Assembly (NCBI GenBank): GCA_965208905.1
Contig: OZ242365.1
Location: 2,016,001-2,080,000 of the forward strand
From: Nitrosopumilaceae archaeon
GTDB lineage: Archaea > Thermoproteota > Nitrososphaeria > Nitrososphaerales > Nitrosopumilaceae
DNA length: 64,000 bases
Direction of reading: 5' to 3'
Part shown: positions 31,397 to 40,109 of the stretch, piece after piece
Layout: each line of letters begins with the position of its first letter
Position numbering within the stretch: the stretch's first letter is position 1
The notes under the pieces: model-generated
Told to the model about the DNA's origin: nothing
Database searches by the model: none
The model's input: the letters and a program-made list of their open reading frames with translations, nothing else
Position numbers and translations under genes: made by a program

Positions 31397-33284
31397 GCAT
31401 CAGTATCCTCCTCTTGGGTGATGTACCATGTATTATGTCTAGTAGTGAGTCACGTATCTCTTCACAGGTCATTGCTCTGCCTGTATACTTTAAGATATAA
31501 TGGTTTATGGGGATGTTCAGGTTCTGCGCAAACAGTTTTCCCATCTGAGCCGTCTGGTTCGACTCTACATCTATTATAACACGGGCCCCATTTAGTAGTC
31601 GCTGGACGCACTCTGTCGGGAACGGGTGTAGCATCTTTATCTGTACAAATCCCACTGTTATGCCTTCTTGCTGCAACATCTCTAGAGCGTCAAGTATGGG
31701 ACCCTTTGTAGAACCCCAAGATATTATAGTATACTCGCCTGTGGCATGAGATACGGCCTGCTCCGCATCTGGCACCTGCTGTAGAATCAAATCCAGTCGG
31801 TCCAGACGTTTATCCATCATCATCTGGCGCACCACTGGATCTTCGGTGATATGACCCACCTCGTCGGACTCATCACCCGTATTCCAAAATATACCATCCT
31901 TTAGGCCCAGATAGGATCTGGGAGATATCCCATCCCCGCCCAATTGAAATCGTTTGTATTCACCCTCAACACCATCTAATAGTTTGCCGCGGTTTATGGT
32001 AACCTTGGATGGATCAAAGGCAGGGCAGGTCATTGTGGTACTGGACAGAAATTTGTCCATCATGTGTATGACAGGAAGCTGATACACATCCGAGTAATTA
32101 AAGCAGGAACACGTATCATAGAACGACTCTTCAATATCGCCAGACGCATACACTATTCGTGGAAACTCACCATGACCAGCAAAGACAGCAAAGAGTAGAT
32201 CATCTTGACCATGCCGGGTAGGCAGGCCTGTGGACGGGCCGCTCCTCTGGTATAATGTCAGTACAACAGGAACCTCGTTTATTCCCGCCCAGCCCAAGGC
32301 CTCGGCCATAAGCGAAAAGCCGGGTCCGGATGTGGATGTGGATGACCGAACGCCAGTAAGAGCTGCGCCGATCATCATCCCGATGGCAGATATCTCGTCT
32401 TCGGTTTGAACTACAACTACCGCATCAGATTGGCCCGTATCGTTCGGCAGTGTGCCATTGGCTTCAAGGTAGACGCTCTCATCAGAAGCAGGTGTGATGG
32501 GATAGTACGATTGGAATCTGCATCCTGCTGCCAGCTTTCCCAGTGACGTTCCCAGGTGTCCCTGTACCAGCATCAGATTGGGCGTCTTCTCTATTGCATG
32601 TAGTGTGAAGGGGGTCGAGGTCATCGTATTAGATGCCACATTATACGAGTGTGTTGCCGCATCTGCGTTCAGATCAGCGATAACCCTCTTTTTGGCAAAG
32701 ACGCCTCTTACTGTATCGATTAAAAGTTCTTTGGGAAGTTGTATCAGTCCTGCTGCCAGCGAGACGCCCATAACGTTATACATGCGTTTCATGACTCGTA
32801 GTTTTGGATTGTTGTGACTCTCTGCCATATCTGCAAGCAGTTCTTTGAATGATACCGGGTAGGCGACTACATCGTTGTCTGCGACTTTACGCAGTACGTC
32901 TTCAACTGTGGGGTGGTCATTGTCCAAGTCGGCGCACATTCGCTTAAAGTAGTACTTGTCCAGCGTACTTACATCTTCAGCCTTTATGTGATTTAGATCC
33001 GAATCATAGATTATAGCTCCACCTTTTGTTATTGTAGAGTAGTGTCGAAATATTGTCTCAGCATCATAAGAGACCATCAGCGACACACCACTGGAGCTGG
33101 ATCGTATCATCTTGTCCGATAGTCTTACGGCAAAGTAGCTATGCTCGCCTTTGATATTTGAGTGAAACTCCCGTTTTCCAAATACAAAGTATCCCGCCTT
33201 TGCGCATATCTGAGAGAATATTACGGCGGCGGACTCTACCCCACTTCCTTGTGGACCGCCTATCAACCATGTAAAGTCAGTCAC
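31386..33284 (-). CDS. 2-oxoacid:ferredoxin oxidoreductase alpha subunit
   Basis: IGGPQGSGV, YPITPAS, EDEISA, TSGPGFSLM, RSGPSTGLPT; probable GTG start 33284 just after the small Cys-rich gene. Confidence 0.93.
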   Translation of the reverse strand: MTDFTWLIGGPQGSGVESAAVIFSQICAKAGYFVFGKREFHSNIKGEHSYFAVRLSDKMIRSSSSGVSLMVSYDAETIFRHYSTITKGGAIIYDSDLNHIKAEDVSTLDKYYFKRMCADLDNDHPTVEDVLRKVADNDVVAYPVSFKELLADMAESHNNPKLRVMKRMYNVMGVSLAAGLIQLPKELLIDTVRGVFAKKRVIADLNADAATHSYNVASNTMTSTPFTLHAIEKTPNLMLVQGHLGTSLGKLAAGCRFQSYYPITPASDESVYLEANGTLPNDTGQSDAVVVVQTEDEISAIGMMIGAALTGVRSSTSTSGPGFSLMAEALGWAGINEVPVVLTLYQRSGPSTGLPTRHGQDDLLFAVFAGHGEFPRIVYASGDIEESFYDTCSCFNYSDVYQLPVIHMMDKFLSSTTMTCPAFDPSKVTINRGKLLDGVEGEYKRFQLGGDGISPRSYLGLKDGIFWNTGDESDEVGHITEDPVVRQMMMDKRLDRLDLILQQVPDAEQAVSHATGEYTIISWGSTKGPILDALEMLQQEGITVGFVQIKMLHPFPTECVQRLLNGARVIIDVESNQTAQMGKLFAQNLNIPINHYILKYTGRAMTCEEIRDSLLDIIHGTSPKRRILMHGA

Positions 33285-33285
33285 A

Positions 33286-33423
33286 CTATCCACCACCGGT
33301 TGCAGAATCAAACAGTGCACATTCACACTTGTCACGCTCTCCACAGTATGGACAGACGCATTCACACTTCTCTATTGAAAGCCCACAATTGATACAAATT
33401 GCAAATGCATCATCATCATCCAT
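33286..33423 (-). CDS. 45-aa Cys-rich miniprotein ending in GGG
   Basis: Manual translation MDDDDAFAICINCGLSIEKCECVCPYCGERDKCECALFDSATGGG (8 Cys); TATA-like TTTATA about 22 nt upstream; abuts OFOR alpha. Confidence 0.75.
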   Translation of the reverse strand: MDDDDAFAICINCGLSIEKCECVCPYCGERDKCECALFDSATGGG

Positions 33424-33468
33424 ATATCATTATGGGCATTACCGTATAAATACGATACATAATTGGGT

Positions 33469-33700
33469 GGGAATTATATACAAAAGTACAGCAGTCTTAA
33501 CCGCCTACTTTTCGTTGGCTTTCACCATTCAGGGTGCGTGTGTTTGGCATGCGCTTTGGAAGCGCGGTCTTGACTACCTGCCAGTCTCCTACAACCGGTG
33601 GTGGCGTGCGGTTGCGTAGGCTTATTCGGTCCCTCAAGTCCGTCCCGGACTTGATGCATAAACGACTTGCCTTTTGGGCGCGTCTTGAGTTTGGTTTTAT
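33469..33700 (-). ncRNA. Putative omega/reRNA scaffold of TnpB cassette 1
   Basis: Hairpins on - strand: TCAAGTCC/GGACTTGA, CCTAC..CAACCG/CGGTTGTAGG, GCGCTT/AAGCGC, TGGT-GAAA-GCCA, terminal hairpin 33481-33514. Confidence 0.55.
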
Positions 33701-34909
33701 GTAATCATAATTGTTGTTATAGTTGTTGTCTGGACTGTACATGATGTTGAATGCGCCGTTATAGTCGGCATGACATACAGTGCCGCAGTTCCGACACTTG
33801 AACTTTCTATCATGGTTCCACCTCTCATGTACAATTTCATTATTGTGCCAAATCTTGAATCCACCGTAGCGTTCGGTGTCCTTACTACAACATGCGCCAC
33901 ACCGTTTGGACGTATTGTAGGGTTTAACCTCTCTGATTTCCGTATTATGCTCAGGGGCTTTCTTTGTACACCAATCACGGACTTCACCGGCCTTACTCTC
34001 TTTTAGTGTGCGGTTCTTGCCTTTGGCGCAGTTGCCCCCCTTGCGGGTAAGATTCACCAAGTTGAGGTTCTCAAATTTTACCAAATCGCAGTCCACGCAC
34101 AGTTCCTTGCAAAAGTGTCTGTACTTATTCAACTGCCAGTTGTATAGCGTTTTGCGCTGCCGTTTCATGCTGTCATTTATCTTATTCCATCTGTTGCTGT
34201 TATGTGTACATCTGTCACGTTCGGACTGGAGTTTTCTAATGTGCTTGCCTATTTCATCATTGTACAATTTAAGAAGGCGTGTAGTACCGTCCGACAGTGC
34301 CACATATGCTGTCAACTTGCCTATGTCAACACCCGCCGTCAACCCTGTTATCTTCCTGTCCGGGATGTACTTTTGTATTGTAAGGTGTAACTCAAACTGG
34401 CGGTGACCGCGCCGTCTATCCGCATCACTCGTTATGTCAACAATCTTGTGTGACACTACGGTTTTGATGTTGGGTAGCCGCCCCTTCGTGATGCTGAACT
34501 GTGTGTCTGACTTGGGAAATGTGACCGTGTTGTGTTTGATTCGCTTTGGTGCACCAAGGAAGAATATCGGATATGTTTTACCGTCTTTGAGATGCGTACA
34601 GTCCTTCATTTCAATACCTGCCAGGATTGCACCGCGAATTAAGTGTAGTGGTGCGCATTCCTTGGGGTCGGTATTATCCCATTCTGCCATCATGCTTTTG
34701 GCAACCGTAACGCATGTCAATGCGCTTCGGGGATACGGACTAGGACTACTGCTGGCAGTGAACTGCACGTTCAAGTTACGACACATAACACCTAGTTCAA
34801 CCCACATACGGCTTTCGGCCTCCAGACTTTCAACATATGAGGTGATTATACTATTTGTCTTTAGGCGGTATTTGCGGGTTCTATAGATTATACTCTTCTT
34901 GGTCTGCAT
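33497..34909 (-). CDS. tnpB: TnpB/Cas12f-like RNA-guided RuvC nuclease (divergent N-terminus)
   Basis: RuvC-I GVDIG, RuvC-II FENLN, TSKRCGAC...FKCRNCG Zn finger, RuvC-III ADYNGAFNI; C-terminal tail overlaps structured RNA. Confidence 0.88.
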   Translation of the reverse strand: MQTKKSIIYRTRKYRLKTNSIITSYVESLEAESRMWVELGVMCRNLNVQFTASSSPSPYPRSALTCVTVAKSMMAEWDNTDPKECAPLHLIRGAILAGIEMKDCTHLKDGKTYPIFFLGAPKRIKHNTVTFPKSDTQFSITKGRLPNIKTVVSHKIVDITSDADRRRGHRQFELHLTIQKYIPDRKITGLTAGVDIGKLTAYVALSDGTTRLLKLYNDEIGKHIRKLQSERDRCTHNSNRWNKINDSMKRQRKTLYNWQLNKYRHFCKELCVDCDLVKFENLNLVNLTRKGGNCAKGKNRTLKESKAGEVRDWCTKKAPEHNTEIREVKPYNTSKRCGACCSKDTERYGGFKIWHNNEIVHERWNHDRKFKCRNCGTVCHADYNGAFNIMYSPDNNYNNNYDYIKPNSRRAQKASRLCIKSGTDLRDRISLRNRTPPPVVGDWQVVKTALPKRMPNTRTLNGESQRKVGG

Positions 34910-34979
34910 ATCACATATTATGATATTTCAGATATAAAGTTACATACCTCATATTTACTATATGATATGTATAGTACAG

Positions 34980-35107
34980 TCCCGACCACATGCCAGTCTG
35001 TCAAATTACGGCGCTGTTATACGGCATGCCAAACACACGCACCCTGAATGGCGAAAACCAACGAAAAATAGGCGGTTAAGCCTACTGTACTTTTGTAAGT
35101 AATTCCC
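34980..35107 (+). ncRNA. Putative second, outward-facing omega-RNA scaffold copy
   Basis: Diverged copy of the tnpB 3' scaffold, preceded by TATA-like TTTACTATAT near 34954-34963. Confidence 0.4.
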
Positions 35108-35156
35108 TAATTTCCCTATGAGAGATTTATTACACATTGTTTGTTTGTAAGTTACA

Positions 35157-35554
35157 TGATATTCAAAAAAAAGGAGATAAAACGACATGTTACCATAAAA
35201 AGAAAGGCCATGGACGGCATCATATCATACTGCAAAATCAATCATCCTAACGAGGCCATACTGATACTCAAGGGCAAATCTAAAAGGGGAGCGATACTAG
35301 TTGAAGATCTGGTCATTCCTCCGTTCAGTCATTCAGGCCCAACATTTGCTGGATTTCCCCACTCTTTCCTGCCTTTTGATTTGAGTTACGTGGGAACCGT
35401 TCATTCACACCCGGGAGGTTCTGCAGAACCGTCTGTCACTGATTTGAATAATTTTTTTGGTCTTGTATCGGTGATAATAAAATGGCCATACAACGACGAA
35501 GATATATTTGCATGGGATAGTAAAGGCGGTTCAATAGAGTTAACCATCGAGTAA
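35157..35554 (+). CDS. JAB/MPN (JAMM) metalloprotease
   Basis: PNEAIL...HSHPGGSAEPSVTD (E-HxH-S-D motif intact). Confidence 0.88.
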
Positions 35555-35559
35555 TGTAA

Positions 35560-35956
35560 TGCGTGCGCATCAACGCCAGCTGTTTAGCTGGCGGCGTGTA
35601 CAGGACCCGATCAGAGGCCGCCCTGGAGCAAATGGGCGGTGGATGTAATGCTGTACTGCTAGTCAAAATAGGGATGGCCAAACACAAAAAGCACCAGATG
35701 GAGAGGGCCGGGTACAACAGCAGGTGAATTGTAGAAATAGTGATATCTTTGCTTCAGAGGCTGCTGAGCGAGGCGCTCCGGGCGGTAAAGCCTGAGTGTA
35801 TAATAATGGAAATTGCTACAAAAATAGCCATGTATAATAAAACCCGGGACGTTATGCGCAAGGCCAGAGGGTGAGGCGTATGTGATACCGCCCCGGGATT
35901 CATATGGCGGCCGGACTGTCCAGATTACGTTAGGTCACAAATTATGAAACGCTGTC
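35560..35956 (+). pseudogene. IS5-family transposase C-terminal relic with right-end TIR
   Basis: RAGYNSR*IVEIVISLLQRLLSEALRAVKPECIIMEIATKIAMYNK aligns with KIGYRRRWVVEGVFSIFKRVFGEHVLALKWENIVHEIQLKVSLYNR of the IS5 at 53545; W->TGA at 35725; TIR-like TTATGAAACGCTGTC 35942-35956. Confidence 0.7.
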
Positions 35957-36018
35957 TGTGCCAATCCCAGATGTAGTTGGAGTGGACCCCGTTCTTTAGA
36001 ACCGATTTTCGCAACATT

Positions 36019-36876
36019 TTATTCACACTTTTTACCTCCTGCATATATGCTATCCCTTGAGTTCTGCCAATATTGTTCGGCGAACTCAGAAGGTGCCAAG
36101 TACTGTATAGAAGAGTGAATTCTGTTATGATTGTAATCTTCAAATGCAGCGAGTATTGTCTCTTTGGCTTCCTGAATGTTCGCAAACTCACGGGGCCAGA
36201 CGTACTCCTTTTTGAGTGTCTTGTGGAAGGATTCGATATGTCCGTTTTGTTCGGGAGTGTTGATGTAGATGTATTCAAGAGTAATTCCCAACGCTGCCAT
36301 TGATGATCTAAATTCCCGACTAGTGTATTGAGTTCCATTATCGACTCTCAAAGTCAATCCCGGTAATGTTGGATTGGAGTCGGCTACGGCATTATTTACG
36401 GCCATGATAGCCTCGTGTCGTGTGGCACGACTCTCCAATACAAATGCCAACCATTGCCTGGTAAAGACGTCGATTACATTAAAACAGTAACCCCATCCGT
36501 CTCTACCGCACCAGATGTATGACATGTCCGATTCCCAGAACTGATTTGGAGCCTTTGGTTTTGGAATCTTTTTATTGGTACGTATTATCTCACGCTTGGT
36601 ACGTGATGGTTTACTCCATCCCAGTGCTTTGAATATACGTTTTATTGCCTTGCGGTTGATGGGACGATTCAACTCTCGTGAGGCTTGGGCAGCCATACGT
36701 CTTGTCCCATATGTCGGTCTTTTAGGTGCAATCTTTTGTACAATCTCTAGTACTTCGGGGTCCGATGACACGTTTCTGGGTGTAGGAGCATAATACCATG
36801 CAGTTTTGGAGACTCCGCAAAGAGCGAGTGACCTATTGAGGCCCAACACGTCATGTATGATACGTGCGGCGTTCAT
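36019..36876 (-). CDS. IS3-family transposase OrfB
   Basis: YGTRRM, WESDMSYI, DNGTQY, PEQNGHIESFHKTLKKE. Confidence 0.92.
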   Translation of the reverse strand: MNAARIIHDVLGLNRSLALCGVSKTAWYYAPTPRNVSSDPEVLEIVQKIAPKRPTYGTRRMAAQASRELNRPINRKAIKRIFKALGWSKPSRTKREIIRTNKKIPKPKAPNQFWESDMSYIWCGRDGWGYCFNVIDVFTRQWLAFVLESRATRHEAIMAVNNAVADSNPTLPGLTLRVDNGTQYTSREFRSSMAALGITLEYIYINTPEQNGHIESFHKTLKKEYVWPREFANIQEAKETILAAFEDYNHNRIHSSIQYLAPSEFAEQYWQNSRDSIYAGGKKCE

Positions 36877-37169
36877 TCTACCTCGCCCTCCAGCGCTTTT
36901 TTTAAAGCATCATTAGCCACGGCATACTCTCCGATGATTCTCTTAAGTGATGTAATCTCCTTTTTGTGCTTCTTGGCCTGTTTGGAAGCGTTAGAACCCT
37001 CAAACGAGCTGCGTCCGCCATCTGGAAACTTTTCTTTCCAATCGTATACGGTTCGTGGGGCCAAGTTGTGTTCGCGGCATATCTCGGCCATACTGGTCCT
37101 GGGATTGAATGTCTGGAGTACTATGTGGATCTTTTCATCTGTACTCAACTTTGATTTTTTATTTGTCAT
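36873..37169 (-). CDS. IS3-family transposase OrfA (HTH)
   Basis: EKIHIVL...ICREHNLAPRTVYDWK; A7G slippery run near end and ATGA overlap with orfB. Confidence 0.88.
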   Translation of the reverse strand: MTNKKSKLSTDEKIHIVLQTFNPRTSMAEICREHNLAPRTVYDWKEKFPDGGRSSFEGSNASKQAKKHKKEITSLKRIIGEYAVANDALKKALEGEVE

Positions 37170-37330
37170 ATGGTGTGTGCCCCCCAATTGCTAAAGTGTG
37201 CATCGACGATCGGTCTTATTCTAGCGGGGTCCGCGCCAGTAGTCGTGCATCAGTAGAGTTACATGCATTTATCGTTTTTACCGTATGGTGCAGCGATACC
37301 TTATAACGGGGGATGTTTTTGGTTTAAAAC

Positions 37331-38671
37331 ATGAGACAAGTTATGAGCATACGTCAAACTTTAGATGATCAAGTCGATGATTTGAAAGGTAGTCTCTGGC
37401 GTGATTTTGTGCATACGCGCTCCCGAACACTACGACTAGTTGCGAATCTAGAGATGGATGACTTTGTGGTTCAGACAGCCACATATATGAGTCCACCAAA
37501 GTGGCACATTGGGCATGTCTCTTGGCTGTATGAGGTCATAATGAGTAGAGTGGACAAAGAGTACCAGTTTTACTCAAAAGAGTTCTCGGAATACTTGAAC
37601 TCATACTACAATCAATTCGGGGAGCCACACCAAAAAGGAAGGCGAGGAACTGTATCAAGACCCACATTAAATCAAATATTAGACTACTATATGGAGATAA
37701 ATAGTAGGGTTCAGACATTCTTGTCTGAATACGATACAGGTGATAAAGACGTAAAAAGCCTCTTTGAAATGGGCCTAAATCATGAATGTCAACACCAAGA
37801 GTTATTGGTGTATGATCTGCAACATCTGCTGGCAGATGTATATGTACCATTAAAGAAGGTAAGTCCTCCCAGAAGGGCGACTGCAACCCCCTCCATGATA
37901 CCTGTAAGGGGCGGCATGTATAGTCTGGGATATGGCGGTGATCAGTTTTGTTACGATATCGAGTTGCCTGAGCACATTACATATATGGATAATTATTCAT
38001 TGGGAAAATTTCCAGTGACCAATGCAGAGTACATGCAGTTTATGAAAGATGGCGGGTACTCGAAGTTTGAGAATTGGTTGTCAGATGGGTGGAAGGTGGT
38101 TCAAGAGAATGGATGGACCTCGCCAATGTATTGGGAAGAGATAGATGACCAATGGTGTATAGTAGACTTTAGGGGGCGGAGACCCATAAACCCCGCCGAA
38201 CCTGTAGTACACGTGAGTTTTTACGAGGCAGATGCATATGCTAGATGGGCCGGAAAGCGCTTGCCTACAGAAGCAGAATGGGAGAAGGCTGCCTGTTACG
38301 ATCCCACAAGTGATACTAAGAGCATATACCCTTGGGGAGATGAGCCTCCAGATTATACAAAGTGTAATCTGTTGGAGTCAAACATTTGGGGGTGCACCGA
38401 GATAGGCAGCTACCCAGAGGGGGTCAGTCCATACGGGTGTGAGCAGATGATTGGTGATGTTTGGGAGTGGACCTCTTCGGAATTTGTTGGATATAGGGGG
38501 TTTAAGTCTACCTTTCGCGAGTATAACGATAAGTGGTTCACTGGTCAAAAGGTGCTACGAGGAGGCTCATACGGTACCCCCTCCATGTCTATAAGGGGGA
38601 GTTACAGGAATTTCTTCAGATTAGATGAGAGATGGATGTTTGCTGGATTTCGTCTAGCCTCAGATATTTGA
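37331..38671 (+). CDS. egtB: Ergothioneine biosynthesis sulfoxide synthase
   Basis: SPPKWHIGH, HECQHQEL, FGE-like domain RLPTEAEWEKAA, GDVWEWT, FAGFRLA. Confidence 0.93.
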   Translation: MRQVMSIRQTLDDQVDDLKGSLWRDFVHTRSRTLRLVANLEMDDFVVQTATYMSPPKWHIGHVSWLYEVIMSRVDKEYQFYSKEFSEYLNSYYNQFGEPHQKGRRGTVSRPTLNQILDYYMEINSRVQTFLSEYDTGDKDVKSLFEMGLNHECQHQELLVYDLQHLLADVYVPLKKVSPPRRATATPSMIPVRGGMYSLGYGGDQFCYDIELPEHITYMDNYSLGKFPVTNAEYMQFMKDGGYSKFENWLSDGWKVVQENGWTSPMYWEEIDDQWCIVDFRGRRPINPAEPVVHVSFYEADAYARWAGKRLPTEAEWEKAACYDPTSDTKSIYPWGDEPPDYTKCNLLESNIWGCTEIGSYPEGVSPYGCEQMIGDVWEWTSSEFVGYRGFKSTFREYNDKWFTGQKVLRGGSYGTPSMSIRGSYRNFFRLDERWMFAGFRLASDI

Positions 38672-38703
38672 TAATATAGTTACATTGAAGTGATATGCAG
38701 CAT

Positions 38704-39708
38704 TTATGTGGACATTAAAGTTACTGAAAATTTTTTGGTAGCATCATGCCAAATCCGTTTAATCTTTAGATTGACACTGTCTGCCATTGTCTGTATATGT
38801 GGTATGGTATATTTTTGTGAGTTTTCAGTATGGATTAACTCGTCTTTTTTTAAATATAATGTGGTATTGGCCCCGGGTATGTCTACACTCTGATCCTTCT
38901 CGGACTTTAGATACATCTCTATTCTTTTTTCACTTTTATTGTATGGGGCGTAGTGTGAAAATTTTGAAACATTAAAATTAGCATTTAATTCACGATTAAG
39001 TCTATGTAATATATTGAGATTAAACCTGGCAGTTACTCCTTGAGTATCGTTGTATGCCGCCTCAAGCGTTGCGACATCTTTGTCCAGGTCCAGACCAAGT
39101 AATAACAGGTCGCCATCTTTCATGGATACTCGTATGGTTCTCAAAAACGAGATGGATTCAGACGCGGACATGTTTCCCAAACTCGAACCTAAAAATATGA
39201 TCAAATTGGGCGAATTAGTCATATGGCGTACTATGGATAGTCCGTGCTCATATGTATCCACAATGCCTGTTATACGCAACTTTGGATAATCATCTAGTAG
39301 GGATCCGGCACCACTCTCCAAGGCATCGGATATGTCAATTGGCACATACTCTGAACCCGCTCCCGCATCTTGCAGTGAATCTAAGACACATCGTGTCTTT
39401 ACAGATGACCCGCTGCCAAGCTCAACCAGACGAAACTGCTCATGTAAATATCTGGATAACTCGTATCGTATGGCGCGCAGAATTGCGGTCTCGGTACGAG
39501 TTTGATAATATTCGGGTAATGAACATATCTCTTCAAATAACTGTGAACCTACATGATCATAAAAGAACATTGGGGGTATGGAGCGAGGCGCATTGCGCAG
39601 TTTTTTTTGCACCGCCTCAGCTAAACTATCTTGCTTAAGGTTGTTTGCTAACCTTGTGTATCTAAAGCGCTCTGATACAATACACTGTAGGTGGTTCAAT
39701 AACACCAA
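38704..39708 (-). CDS. egtD: L-histidine N-alpha-methyltransferase
   Basis: GSQLFEEICSLPEYYQTRTE, ELGSGSSVKT, AYNDTQGVTARFNLN, HTENSQKY. Confidence 0.93.
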   Translation of the reverse strand: MVLLNHLQCIVSERFRYTRLANNLKQDSLAEAVQKKLRNAPRSIPPMFFYDHVGSQLFEEICSLPEYYQTRTETAILRAIRYELSRYLHEQFRLVELGSGSSVKTRCVLDSLQDAGAGSEYVPIDISDALESGAGSLLDDYPKLRITGIVDTYEHGLSIVRHMTNSPNLIIFLGSSLGNMSASESISFLRTIRVSMKDGDLLLLGLDLDKDVATLEAAYNDTQGVTARFNLNILHRLNRELNANFNVSKFSHYAPYNKSEKRIEMYLKSEKDQSVDIPGANTTLYLKKDELIHTENSQKYTIPHIQTMADSVNLKIKRIWHDATKKFSVTLMST

Positions 39709-40109
39709 AACAATATGAGCGCAATAAATCTCTTAAGACATAATTTTGAGCATCTAACGCAGAGACTTCTCTGATAGAGTACAAGAATTTGCATAATGGA
39801 CCTCGTCCCAGAAAAATTATTAAAAAATATCTGTCTGGCCAAACTCAATCTGATGACAGTTACAAGTTTGACTATGTATGAGGTATAACTTTCCGCACTA
39901 TAACCCAGATGGTGACATGTGAGGCATTTTACATTTGAGTACCCATATGCAAGAACCAAAAATATTCGCCAAATGTGATTCTAATTTTTAGGCAGATACA
40001 AATATTATCTGCTAATTTTGATTAATTTTTAAAGTATTTTAGAGATTCTTTGATCTTGCCAAAAAAAATCAACTTAAATAATTATAAACAAAAGATTTCG
40101 AGTTATTTT

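Larger units (their letters stand above)
33469..35107 (-). mobile_element. TnpB cassette 1 bounded by 84-bp inverted repeats (ends GGGAATTA...), no transposase
   Basis: 33469-33552 and reverse complement of 35024-35107 match 77/84; no TSD visible (AATTGGGT vs TAATTTCC). Confidence 0.85.
35978..37238 (-). mobile_element. IS3-family insertion sequence
   Basis: TG...CA imperfect TIRs (TGGAGTGGACCCCG / CGGGGTCCGCGCCA), 5-bp TSD GTAGT (35973-35977, 37239-37243). Confidence 0.92.

Noticed and set aside
33285-33365. N-terminal extension of OFOR alpha in the ORF track
   Set aside because: Overlaps the better-supported Cys-rich miniprotein in another frame.
33461-35115. Target-site duplication for TnpB cassette 1
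   Set aside because: Flanks (TAATTGGGT vs TAATTTCCC) share only TAATT; not a convincing TSD.
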